Part shown: positions 19,957-29,258 of the stretch, piece after piece
How positions within the stretch are numbered: position 1 is the stretch's first letter
Layout: each line of letters opens with the position of its first letter
Assembly: GCA_963701085.1 (NCBI GenBank)
Contig: OY969561.1
Coordinates: 192,001-256,000 of the forward strand
From: an uncultured bacterium
GTDB lineage: Bacteria > Babelota > Babeliae > Babelales > Vermiphilaceae
DNA length: 64,000 bases
Direction: 5' to 3'
Translations under genes and position numbers: made by a program
The notes under the pieces: generated by a model
What the model was told of the DNA's origin: nothing
What the model saw: the letters and a program-made list of their open reading frames with translations, nothing else
Databases searched by the model: none

Positions 19957-20706
19957 CTAGTGCATAAGTTTTTTATAATCAATATGACCAATCAAATCAG
20001 ATGCAGATAGATTTGCAGTGTCACGCGTATCAAACTGTTTGGTGATTTCACCATTTTCCAATACCCATATTTTTTTACCAATAACCAGCGCAAGTTCCGG
20101 GTCATGCGTAATCAAGAGCGTTGTCATGGAGTGCTCATTAATAAATTTGATGGCGAATTGTAACAGCTTTGTTGCAGATTGCGGATCAAGAGCAGCGGTA
20201 GGTTCATCAAGCATAAAAAGTCGCGGTGGCAGAATTGTTGCCATGATAAATGCAAGAAGTTGACGTTGTCCGCCGGAAAGATCTTTCATGGGTGTGTTTA
20301 ATATTTTTGGTGAACTTAAATTGAGCTTATCCAGTTCTGCTGTCAGATGCGTTGGGAATTTTTTCATGCCATTGAGTAAGCTTACTGTTTGGCCTTTATA
20401 ATTGCTTAATGCAAGATTTTGAGCAACAGTCATTGATGCAACCCCATTGAGTTGAGGATTTTGGAAAAGTCTACTGATGAGTGTTGCGCGGTGTTGCTCA
20501 TCAAGATGGGTAATATCAGTACCATCAAGTAAAATTGTTCCCTGTGTTGCTACTCGTTTTCCACTGATCATATCAAAAAAAGTACTTTTTCCTGCGCCGT
20601 TTGGGCCAACAATAACAATAAAATCACCGGTATTAATGGTGCACGTAATATTTTTAAGAATCTGTTTGCCATCAATGGTTACTGAAACATTTTCAAATTT
20701 TATCAT
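19957..20706 (-). CDS. ABC transporter ATP-binding protein
   Basis: GPNGAGKST, LSGGQRQ, LDEPTAALD, ITH. Confidence 0.93.
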   Translation of the reverse strand: MIKFENVSVTIDGKQILKNITCTINTGDFIVIVGPNGAGKSTFFDMISGKRVATQGTILLDGTDITHLDEQHRATLISRLFQNPQLNGVASMTVAQNLALSNYKGQTVSLLNGMKKFPTHLTAELDKLNLSSPKILNTPMKDLSGGQRQLLAFIMATILPPRLFMLDEPTAALDPQSATKLLQFAIKFINEHSMTTLLITHDPELALVIGKKIWVLENGEITKQFDTRDTANLSASDLIGHIDYKKLMH

Positions 20707-21557
20707 GATTGCCTCTGGGTAAAAATGCTGGAATGTTTTTTTAATGCGATCATCAGAATGATAAGGAGTGCGGTAATTAATTTATTCCACTCCGGATCAA
20801 CATTAAATTCAAAGGTTGCTGCAAGAATTGCTTGGTACAGTATGGCGCCAATTAAAAGATTAAAGCCAAATGCTCGGCCAAATGTTTCAGAAAGAATGAG
20901 CCCAGCAAGAGCAATAATTAAAATACCAACGCTTGACCAGATGGAAAAATAGCCAACGTATTGTACAAAGAGGGCTCCTGCAAACGCGGTAAGTCCATTA
21001 GCAAGCATGAGGGCTGCGATGGTGTATGTGTGAGCGTTTTTGCCTAAATTGGTGAGCATTTGTGGATTGTCGCCAACTGCCTTGAATAAAAATCCACATT
21101 CAGTATTAAGAAACCATTTGATGATTAATAATAGTGCGCAGATAAGAGGAAGCAATATAATAATTTTTATGCTGTTTGCGCCAGCAATAAGGTCAAAAAG
21201 TGTTGCCTTGTTGCCTAAAACCATATTGGATCCGGCAATTTTGAGGTTGATAGAAAAGAGCGCTGTTGTAACGACAATACCACTGATGAGATTATTGAGT
21301 TTGAGTTTGGTGTGCAGTAATCCTGTTGCAAGACCTGCAATTGCACCTGCTGCGATCACCAGAGGAAATGCAAGTAGCCAGTGAACGTTTCGTGTGAGCA
21401 GTAGCGCCATGAGAGCACCACCAAGACCAAAGCTTCCTTCAACAGAAAGATCGTCAAAGTGAATAATGCGAGAGGTGATATAGATTGCCATAACGCTGAT
21501 GGAAAAAATAAGACCGCGTTCAACAATCCCTTGTATAATGAGCCATTCAGAAAGCAT
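20703..21557 (-). CDS. ABC transporter permease (putative aromatic amino-acid type)
   Basis: DLSVEGSFGLGG, AVGDN motif, multiple TM helices, coupled to the ATPase gene. Confidence 0.88.
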   Translation of the reverse strand: MLSEWLIIQGIVERGLIFSISVMAIYITSRIIHFDDLSVEGSFGLGGALMALLLTRNVHWLLAFPLVIAAGAIAGLATGLLHTKLKLNNLISGIVVTTALFSINLKIAGSNMVLGNKATLFDLIAGANSIKIIILLPLICALLLIIKWFLNTECGFLFKAVGDNPQMLTNLGKNAHTYTIAALMLANGLTAFAGALFVQYVGYFSIWSSVGILIIALAGLILSETFGRAFGFNLLIGAILYQAILAATFEFNVDPEWNKLITALLIILMIALKKHSSIFTQRQS

Positions 21558-21668
21558 TTTTAATTTTCCTTGTATTGCGTACCAAAAAAATATGTTCTAA
21601 GTACTATAGTATCAAATAATGGGTTATATGAGAAAAAAAACATAGTGTATAGGGAATGGTAGGATAGA

Positions 21669-22166
21669 ATGCCAGGTTATAAAGGACATTTGGTTGGTGG
21701 AACTATAGCCTTTGGGCTGCTTTTTTTTGGTTTTATGGGTGTTGCCATAATACAGCAGCCACCAATGCTTACTGTTTTTGAGTGGTTTTTGTTTGCGCTT
21801 GCAGGTTCGCTGTTCCCTGATATTGATATTAAAAGTAAGGGGCAGAAATATTTTTATTATGTTATTTTTCTGTTTTTTATCATATTGGCAGTACATCAGC
21901 GGTTTGAGATGTTAACGTGCTGCAGTTTTATTACGATTACCCCTATGCTGGCACGTCACCGTGGGATTTTCCATAGCCCACGATTTGTTATTATTGCGCC
22001 ATTGTTGTTGTGGATTACGGTGAGTACTGCTATGCCCAAAGTATCAATACAATTCTTTTTTGATATCTTATTTTTTATCACGGGCGCACTGTCCCATCTT
22101 TGGCTTGATTTTGGAACACGTCAGATGATGGGGCGCTTATTTTCGCGTAAAAAAAAGCGATGGTAG
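21669..22166 (+). CDS. YdjM-like membrane metal-dependent hydrolase
   Basis: H..G, GSLFPDID, HRGIFHS, SHLWLD. Confidence 0.85.
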   Translation: MPGYKGHLVGGTIAFGLLFFGFMGVAIIQQPPMLTVFEWFLFALAGSLFPDIDIKSKGQKYFYYVIFLFFIILAVHQRFEMLTCCSFITITPMLARHRGIFHSPRFVIIAPLLLWITVSTAMPKVSIQFFFDILFFITGALSHLWLDFGTRQMMGRLFSRKKKRW

Positions 22167-22268
22167 TAGATGTATCTTTAATATTTTGAGCGTTAGCTTT
22201 TTTTGTATCAACCGCTATGATAGTTATTAAAATATGAAGATTTTTTTTTGATAATGAATGGATGATAT

Positions 22269-22562
22269 ATGGTGTCTAATGTTCCTCAACAAGATTTAAT
22301 TATTAAATTATTAACCGTCTTGTTTCCTAATGCAAAAATTTATCTTTTTGGCTCTCGTGCACGTGGCACATATACAGAGCGTTCTGATATTGATATTGCT
22401 ATTGATATAGGTAGAAAGTTGGAAATTGATGAATGGGCAATGGCTGATGGGGTTCTTGCTGGGCTCAATATTCCACAGAAGATTGATATTGTTGATATGT
22501 GGCGTGCATCTGAAAGTATGAAGCGACAAGTTATGAAGGATGGTATTGTATGGAAAGCTTGA
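22269..22562 (+). CDS. Minimal nucleotidyltransferase (MNT) antitoxin
   Basis: LFGSRARG...SDIDIAI, ~97 aa. Confidence 0.9.
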   Translation: MVSNVPQQDLIIKLLTVLFPNAKIYLFGSRARGTYTERSDIDIAIDIGRKLEIDEWAMADGVLAGLNIPQKIDIVDMWRASESMKRQVMKDGIVWKA

Positions 22563-22984
22563 ATGAAAAATACGAGGCAAATATTCGTTTGTTAGATGCA
22601 TTTGAAGCAGCACTTAATCTTTATCATGAAGCAAAGGATGATCGGAATGTTAATATGGTAGTACGAGAAGCATTTCGTGATTCTGTTATTAAAAGGTTTG
22701 AACTAGGCTATGATTTGTTTTGGAAATATTTGCGTGAGTATATTGGACTTTCTCAAGGAATGTATGCAGATTCGCCACGTAAAGTTTTTGATCTGTGTTT
22801 TCAATATGGTATAACGGAGTCAGATGAAGAAAAATTATTATTTAGCATGATAAAAGGCAGAAATTTAACAACGCATACCTATAACGTTGAATTAGCAAAT
22901 GAAATGGCAGAAAAAGTTGCAGAATATTATCAAGTGATGCATACGATTATAGTACGAACATCACCAGATACGATAAAAAAGTGA
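22550..22984 (+). CDS. HEPN (HI0074-type) toxin, partner of MNT
   Basis: RDSVIKRFE, SPRKVF, RX4H motif RNLTTHTY; overlaps MNT gene. Confidence 0.88.
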   Translation: MESLNEKYEANIRLLDAFEAALNLYHEAKDDRNVNMVVREAFRDSVIKRFELGYDLFWKYLREYIGLSQGMYADSPRKVFDLCFQYGITESDEEKLLFSMIKGRNLTTHTYNVELANEMAEKVAEYYQVMHTIIVRTSPDTIKK

Positions 22985-22987
22985 GAA

Positions 22988-24382
22988 TTATATTTTTCTT
23001 GTAAGAAATGAAACACTGTACAGCGCAATCATGTTAAAGGCAAATCCTGGAATGAGTGGGGAAAGGTTGATAGTGGTGAATGGCCACAATGCTGCGGTTG
23101 TTCCGCCCACAATGAGCCCTGCAAGAGCCCCTTGGCGAGTAATGTTTGCACTGCCGTAAAGAGCTGTAATAACCAGTGGGCCGAATGCACTTCCTAATCC
23201 GGACCATGCATAATGAACAAGGCCATAGATTGTGGAATTTCCTGTCCATGCTACGTATAAAGCAAATAGTGCAACAATGGTAGAAGCGATGCGTGAAATG
23301 AGCATTATTTGTGGTGATGTTGCATGAGGATTAATAATTTTGTGATATAAATCTGATGCAATAACTGAGCCAGAAATAAGAATGTGTCTATCCATGGTAG
23401 AGAGTGTTGCTGCCAAAATTGCACACAGAGCCATTCCTGCAATAAATGGATTAAACAGCGATTTTGTCATGAGAATATAAATGAGTTCTGGATTGGCAAC
23501 CGGTGTTGGGAAAAAGGTGAGCGCAATAAGGCCAATGGCAATTGCTGCAGAAAGTACAATAATTTGCCAGGTGAGCCCAACCCATTTTGCGGAACTAATT
23601 TTTTTAGGATCATCAATGCCCATGAAATTGACCAAAATATGCGGCTGACCAAAATAACCAAGTCCCCATCCCGCGGCAAGAAACAATCCGTATGGCATAT
23701 TGTGTATGAATGAGAACTGAAACACATGCGCTTGATATGTTTGGATTACTGATGAAATTCCTGTGGTATTAAAAAGCGCCGTTACCGGCACTAAAATGAT
23801 CATGCATAATAAAAAAATTCCCTGAAAAAAATCACACCATGCTGCAGCTACAAATCCGCCAATGAGTGTATACAACATGACGGTACATAATCCAATAATA
23901 ATTCCGGTGTGATAAGTTATTTCAAATGCTGCTTCAAAAAGGCGACCAAGACCAACAATGCCCGATGCAATATAAAAGGTGAAAAAGATGAGTGTAAAAA
24001 ATGCACTGACCAAACTGATCACTCCTGTGGTATCAGCAAACTGTTTTTCAAAGAGTGCTGATAAGGTATCAGAATGTGTTTGTTCACTGATAATGCGCAG
24101 TCGTGGTGCAATAAAATGCCAATTGAGAAGCATGAAAAAGACCAAACCAACGGCAGTCCATACTTCAAAAAGGCCTTGGCTATATATTGCTGCGGGGAAT
24201 GCAAGAAATAACCAGCTTCCCATATCGCTTGCTTGTGTTGCGATTGCGGTAACGAGGTAATTAACAGAACGGCTTCCGATGATAAAGTCGGAAGCCGTTT
24301 TTACTTTGCGGTAGAAGTAGAGAGCGATGCTCACAAGAACAAAAAAGTAGAGAATAAATGCACTGAACATAACGGTATTCAT
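22988..24382 (-). CDS. putP: Sodium/proline symporter
   Basis: ASDMGSWL, DFFQG, WGLGYFGQPHIL, AWSGLGSAFGP. Confidence 0.9.
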   Translation of the reverse strand: MNTVMFSAFILYFFVLVSIALYFYRKVKTASDFIIGSRSVNYLVTAIATQASDMGSWLFLAFPAAIYSQGLFEVWTAVGLVFFMLLNWHFIAPRLRIISEQTHSDTLSALFEKQFADTTGVISLVSAFFTLIFFTFYIASGIVGLGRLFEAAFEITYHTGIIIGLCTVMLYTLIGGFVAAAWCDFFQGIFLLCMIILVPVTALFNTTGISSVIQTYQAHVFQFSFIHNMPYGLFLAAGWGLGYFGQPHILVNFMGIDDPKKISSAKWVGLTWQIIVLSAAIAIGLIALTFFPTPVANPELIYILMTKSLFNPFIAGMALCAILAATLSTMDRHILISGSVIASDLYHKIINPHATSPQIMLISRIASTIVALFALYVAWTGNSTIYGLVHYAWSGLGSAFGPLVITALYGSANITRQGALAGLIVGGTTAALWPFTTINLSPLIPGFAFNMIALYSVSFLTRKI

Positions 24383-24483
24383 AAAATTCTCCTCTGAACT
24401 CTTTTTTGCAAAGGTTCACGTTTTGATTACAATCAATCATCTCGATTGTATCAGATGCTGTAAAAATTGTAAAAGAGGGGGGG

Positions 24484-25527
24484 TTATAGGATTGCGCATG
24501 TGTTAGGATACTTAAACTCTATTTCTTTTTTTTCTTCTTTTTGTATCTGAGCATATGTTTTCGCACCAAGTTCTTTTAAAATAGCTACCTTTTTCAAAGA
24601 ACGGTCGGCTTTTTTATTATCTCCATTCATTCGGTAGAGAAGAACGGTATCCTCACAAATGTCCAGAGCTGTTATCCGAGGTCTAAGCGGTTTGTTGAGC
24701 TGGAACAGTTTATTTTTGATTAACATTTGTGGCAGTTCCTTTGTGTTGTTATTGAGTGCTGCCATAAAGAAGAAAAAAGAATTTTTTTGAATTATTTTTT
24801 TTGTTGTTTTTTTTGCCAAAAGATATGTAAAGCAATTTTGTGCATTGTATCTTAAGGATTCTGCTATTATTACTTCTTGTCCTTGATAAGTAGGTTTTTT
24901 TTGAGCATAAAGTTGTTGAAGATAATCATCATTATCTGACCATGCGGCGATGAGATAAAAAAGAAATGAAAAGTCACGATTATTATTAATAGGTAAGCAT
25001 GTTGCTATCTTATCTGGAACAGTGATTGTATCATAGCAATGTTTCCAGTCTAGATCTTTGTAGAGATCGCAATTGTTAATGAGCAACTGTGCTATGTTAG
25101 CATTATTATTATGAATGGCAATCATGGTGAAAGGTATATCGATATATTCATCTTTATCTGAGTCCATTAAACTTATCCCACTATTGTTTGTTATAGGTAA
25201 TAGCCATTTTACCGCTTCAAAATCATTTTTAGCGGTAAGGATAAATAGAATAGTTGCTTTATCGTTAGATTTAAGGATTCCTTTTTTTTTAACATATGTA
25301 TCATATTCTCTTTCCACACTATCGGGCATGAATTTCCACTGATCGTTTTTCTGAGCCCAATTTTTACACACGAGTCTTACACTGAGATCTTTTTCCGGTA
25401 AGTTTTTGAAGATATGTTGACGTATATCAGGATGTTCTAAATCCTTGTAAGTTATCATGCCAAAGGTGGGGGTATGGGAGAATAGCGTTAAAAATAATAT
25501 TGCTATGGTGAAGCGTGGTGTATGCAT
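24484..25527 (-). CDS. Secreted F-box/ankyrin-like protein ending in CaaX (CAIL)
   Basis: Signal peptide ending FGM; PDIRQHIF..L....RLVCKNW F-box pattern; MIAIHNNNANIAQLLI ankyrin-like helix pair; start set at MHTPRF. Confidence 0.75.
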   Translation of the reverse strand: MHTPRFTIAILFLTLFSHTPTFGMITYKDLEHPDIRQHIFKNLPEKDLSVRLVCKNWAQKNDQWKFMPDSVEREYDTYVKKKGILKSNDKATILFILTAKNDFEAVKWLLPITNNSGISLMDSDKDEYIDIPFTMIAIHNNNANIAQLLINNCDLYKDLDWKHCYDTITVPDKIATCLPINNNRDFSFLFYLIAAWSDNDDYLQQLYAQKKPTYQGQEVIIAESLRYNAQNCFTYLLAKKTTKKIIQKNSFFFFMAALNNNTKELPQMLIKNKLFQLNKPLRPRITALDICEDTVLLYRMNGDNKKADRSLKKVAILKELGAKTYAQIQKEEKKEIEFKYPNTCAIL

Positions 25528-25664
25528 AAAAAAGACCTCATTAAGTTTATTTTTTACGTGAGTCTGTAGTTTTTTTAATGCTTCTATTACTTTTCTACAA
25601 TTACAATTATCTTTTATGATTCTACCAGATGTTATAAAAATTGTAAAAGAGGGGGGCTGAAGTT

Positions 25665-26558
25665 TTAGAGAATGGTACACCATGAGGAATAGTCATTGTG
25701 CATGTTATTATTCGTAGGATGATGATCAATCATTTTATTATGTCGTATTAGTTCCATAATCATTGTTCGGTTATGTTCCTTAGCAAGGTTAAAGAACTTG
25801 CCGCCATAGTAGTATATTATGTTTTTTATTTGATCATTTTTTAAGAAAGTTTTAAAACAATTTAGTGCATTATGGGCTATAGACATTATTATTAATCGTG
25901 TTGTTCCATCGGTATTTGGCATATTTTGCAAACAAAGAAGTTGTTTAAGCTCATGAGAGTTATCTGTCCAAATGGTTAAAAAATAGGCTAAGATTGAAAA
26001 ATCATGTGGGTGGGTTTGGTCGAAATATTTTTGTAGATGATTTGGTAGTGTTATATTCTTGTAATATGTCTTCCAATTATTGTCTGGATAATTTTTCTTG
26101 TCTGTTTCAATTAAAAAACGAGCAACTTCAGGATTTTTATTATGTATGGCAAACATAACGGCATGTATATTATTATCGATCTCATCGATTGTAATATCGA
26201 TATCACTATGGGTTTTAGTATTATTTTTTATCCATTGTACGCTTGCCAAATCATTCATTGATGTAAAATCGAATAAAATATAGGTTTTATCCCAAGAAGT
26301 TAAATGTCTTCCATTTTTCGTATATCTATTATGTTCTTTTTCTATAACGTCAGGCATAAATTTCCAAATATTTCCTTTGCAGGCCCAGTCTTTGCATACC
26401 AATCTAAAATCGTCCTGGTCTTCTTTTGATAAATGTTCGTAAATATTTTGGCGTATATCAGGATCTGCTAAGTTCTTGTAAGTTATCATGCCAAAAATAG
26501 ATAGGTGAGAGAATAATGCCAAACATGATACTGCCATGGAGAAACGTGATGTGTTCAT
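25665..26558 (-). CDS. Secreted F-box/ankyrin-like protein ending in CaaX (CTIL), paralogue of the above
   Basis: PDIRQNIY..L....FRLVCKDW; MFAIHNKNPEVARFLI. Confidence 0.75.
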   Translation of the reverse strand: MNTSRFSMAVSCLALFSHLSIFGMITYKNLADPDIRQNIYEHLSKEDQDDFRLVCKDWACKGNIWKFMPDVIEKEHNRYTKNGRHLTSWDKTYILFDFTSMNDLASVQWIKNNTKTHSDIDITIDEIDNNIHAVMFAIHNKNPEVARFLIETDKKNYPDNNWKTYYKNITLPNHLQKYFDQTHPHDFSILAYFLTIWTDNSHELKQLLCLQNMPNTDGTTRLIIMSIAHNALNCFKTFLKNDQIKNIIYYYGGKFFNLAKEHNRTMIMELIRHNKMIDHHPTNNNMHNDYSSWCTIL

Positions 26559-26574
26559 AAAAATCTCATAAAGT

Positions 26575-27057
26575 TTAGCGTGTTGGGATGTCTAAAAATT
26601 GATAATTATGTTTTGTGATAGTGAGAAACTTTTTAATGCCATCAAAAGGAATAGCAAGCGTTGCAGTATTGACTAATGGATGGCATTGCAATGTTTTATC
26701 TTTAAGATTGATATCAAAAATAACCGTCACTGCATGAGCTGTATCATTAATAAGACCAAGCACGGTGACTGATCCTGGTGTAACTCCAAGATATTTTGTA
26801 AGCCGTTCTGGTGATGCAAAACTGAGATTTGATACATCCAGGATACATTTTAATTGTTTGAGATCTACTTGTTTTTCTTTGCCAACAACCACGAGGAAAT
26901 GTTTGTCTGTTTTTTTGTCATATAAAAAAAGATTTTTTATCGAGGTGCCAGGCATTTTGGGGCACACTATGTCAGCTTGATTGCAGGTAAATGCTGCCGG
27001 ATGATCAAAACGTTCGTAGGGGATGTTGTTGGTATCAAGGAGTGTGTAGATGTTCAT
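26575..27057 (-). CDS. YbaK/ProX-family aminoacyl-tRNA editing protein (PrdX-like)
   Basis: KNLFL, LSFASPERL, LGVTPGSVT, HPLVNTAT. Confidence 0.9.
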   Translation of the reverse strand: MNIYTLLDTNNIPYERFDHPAAFTCNQADIVCPKMPGTSIKNLFLYDKKTDKHFLVVVGKEKQVDLKQLKCILDVSNLSFASPERLTKYLGVTPGSVTVLGLINDTAHAVTVIFDINLKDKTLQCHPLVNTATLAIPFDGIKKFLTITKHNYQFLDIPTR

Positions 27058-27059
27058 AT

Positions 27060-27482
27060 TTATTTGTTGTTATCAAAAAATTTCCATTTATGTGCATTTT
27101 CTACTGCTTCTTCTAAGCAATCCATCTCCCATCTGTTATAAGCACCCACGTTTATTAATGCATGAGTTACTTGTTCTTTAGAAATTTTCTTATCCTGAGC
27201 CTTATCAGGGAAATTAGCTTCTTGCAGTAAATAGTCATCAATTATTTCGCAATTATGAGAATCTATTTTTTTACCTTTCACAAAAGCCATCGCTGATTCT
27301 ATCGGTGTTGGATTACAATAGAAATAAATTTGAGATACAACTGTTACATCGTGCGGAGTAGTACTCATTGCATGATATCTAGGATGATACATGCTTAGTC
27401 CCCCGTATTTTTTATTATCCATGGAATTAAGAGAAAAATTGCTTGCGATGGATAGTGCGACGATTATTTGCAATGCTTTCAT
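27060..27482 (-). CDS. Secreted hypothetical protein, paralogue 1 of 3
   Basis: MKALQIIVALSIASNFSLNSM signal; YHxxY, IYxYC, CxIxxxYLL, LxEAV motifs shared with the next two. Confidence 0.75.
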   Translation of the reverse strand: MKALQIIVALSIASNFSLNSMDNKKYGGLSMYHPRYHAMSTTPHDVTVVSQIYFYCNPTPIESAMAFVKGKKIDSHNCEIIDDYLLQEANFPDKAQDKKISKEQVTHALINVGAYNRWEMDCLEEAVENAHKWKFFDNNK

Positions 27483-27564
27483 GAAGTGACTCCTTTATAA
27501 GTGTTAAAAATTTTTATTATTAAGAGCATATCCTTAAAGTCGAAAAATATTAAATTTTTTTTTC

Positions 27565-27706
27565 GCGCTCGTCAGCTACACCCCATCTTCAGTTCCTTGC
27601 GATGGGGACCCCGATTGGAACGACGTGTCCTTCGAAGCCTTGGCGAAGGAGGAAGTGCAAATTGGGGAATAAAGGATATCTTCGAGCGCTCGAAGGTATC
27701 CTTTAA
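27565..27706. repeat. Three-level nested repeat (family A > hairpin insert > 30-nt family B)
   Basis: GCGCTCGTC...AAGGATATCTTCGAGCGCTCGAAGGTATCCTT interrupted by the 8507-type insert, itself interrupted at 27624-27653. Confidence 0.8.
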
Positions 27707-27723
27707 TAACATTATTGATAGAT

Positions 27724-28491
27724 TTATTTGTTGTTTTCTTCAGACATGTGACATTTTGAGTTGATATCGATTTTGCGATATAATGCATCTTTATATGTAC
27801 TCAAATCATATCTGCTACGATGTGAATTTATGTGAGAATTTGGGTTATAGAATGCATCTCTATTATTAGTAATAGGCTGACAATCATTTGCATGTTGTAC
27901 AGCTTCTCGTAGAAGTATTAATTCTTGATTATAATTAGGATTACAGAGATTCTTAAACAGCATGCTATAGCGATTGGGTGTAGATAATGTATTTTTCAGA
28001 GCAGTGTCTACTTGTTGTTGGACAGTAGAATCTTGAAGATTACCAGATAAACGAGCTTGCTGTATTTGTGGAATAACAATTTGAAGAAGTGATTTTCGCA
28101 AATTTAAATCTTTTTTTCTAAAAATATCGCTTTGAAGAAGTGATTTTCGCAAATTTAAATCTTTTTTTCTAAAAATATCGCTCGTAGAATTTAATTCGCT
28201 CGTGGTAGCTTCTAGATCTTTGGTATAGAATTTTATTTGTTCTTCTACTGATTCTTGTGGACGTCTATTCAGTAATAAATATGCATTAAGTATGTCACAA
28301 CTAGCATCTTTTTTATTAGATTTACAATATGAATAAATAGTAGATCCGCATGTTAACTCATTTTCAGAGCAGAAAGAATTGTGATATGTAGGATGGTAAA
28401 ATTTCAATCCCACGTATTCTTCATTTTCCATTGAATTAAGAGAAAAACTGCTTGCGATGCATAGTGCAACAATTACGTGTAATGTTTTCAT
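27724..28491 (-). CDS. Secreted hypothetical protein, paralogue 2 of 3, with internal 51-bp tandem duplication
   Basis: ILNAYLLLNRRPQESVE shared with paralogue 3; SDIFRKKDLNLRKSLLQ occurs twice. Confidence 0.78.
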   Translation of the reverse strand: MKTLHVIVALCIASSFSLNSMENEEYVGLKFYHPTYHNSFCSENELTCGSTIYSYCKSNKKDASCDILNAYLLLNRRPQESVEEQIKFYTKDLEATTSELNSTSDIFRKKDLNLRKSLLQSDIFRKKDLNLRKSLLQIVIPQIQQARLSGNLQDSTVQQQVDTALKNTLSTPNRYSMLFKNLCNPNYNQELILLREAVQHANDCQPITNNRDAFYNPNSHINSHRSRYDLSTYKDALYRKIDINSKCHMSEENNK

Positions 28492-28523
28492 TAAGAATTC
28501 CTTTAATAATATTATTGATAAAT

Positions 28524-29129
28524 TTATTTGGTGCTATCAAGAAAATCACATTGATTTGCGGATTCTACAGCTTCTTTTAGATAGGCTAGTTCATGCCGAT
28601 AATTATCTGATGAGGAGATATTTTTTAATGCCATACCTACTTGTTCTTGAATACTGCGATCTTGAGGTTTACCAGAAAGATTAGCTTGTTGTATTTGTGG
28701 GATAATACGTTCAAGAAATTTTTGTCGAGTTCCTAATGTGTTTTTTTTAAAAATCTCAATGGTAGAATTTAATTGTTCAGTAGTATTGGTGAGGTCTTTT
28801 TTATAAAATTCTAGCTGTTGTTCTACTGATTCTTGTGGACGTCTGTTAAGCAATAAATAGGCATTAAGTATTCTGCAATTGTAAGGATCTTTTGTATTTT
28901 TTGTCCATGCATCCCTCCATGATGATGTACAATAAGGATAAATATCACTGCCTTTTACAGAGGAATATGCGCTTATATCAATACGAGAGGCATACCGAGA
29001 ATGATACCATTCTAGTCCCGAATAATCTTCATTTTTATTTCTGTTTCTAACGTGCTGCATAGGCTGCATAGAATGAAGAGAAAAACTGTTTGCGATGGAT
29101 AGTGCGGCGATTATTTGCAATGCTTTCAT
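28524..29129 (-). CDS. Secreted hypothetical protein, paralogue 3 of 3
   Basis: Start at MKALQIIAAL with AAGGAG RBS; family motifs. Confidence 0.78.
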   Translation of the reverse strand: MKALQIIAALSIANSFSLHSMQPMQHVRNRNKNEDYSGLEWYHSRYASRIDISAYSSVKGSDIYPYCTSSWRDAWTKNTKDPYNCRILNAYLLLNRRPQESVEQQLEFYKKDLTNTTEQLNSTIEIFKKNTLGTRQKFLERIIPQIQQANLSGKPQDRSIQEQVGMALKNISSSDNYRHELAYLKEAVESANQCDFLDSTK

Positions 29130-29223
29130 GAAGCGACTCCTTTGTGAGTGGTTGTTAAATAATTGAGCATAGATTATAGATTTTTTGGAATATTGGCAAT
29201 GTTGAAAGTTTATATTTTTTATT

Positions 29224-29258
29224 GCGCTTAATCCTTCAACAAATTCAGGATGAGCGCG
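29224..29258. repeat. Family-A single arm overlapping the tatD stop codon
   Basis: GCGCTTAATCCTTCAACAAATTCAGGATGAGCGCG. Confidence 0.9.

Noticed and set aside
27501-27788. Short ORFs containing LVLNLLKD/SFNKFRTS-type peptides (also 14506, 15956, 19749, 39951)
   Set aside because: Alternative-frame translations of the palindromic repeats with no independent coding evidence.
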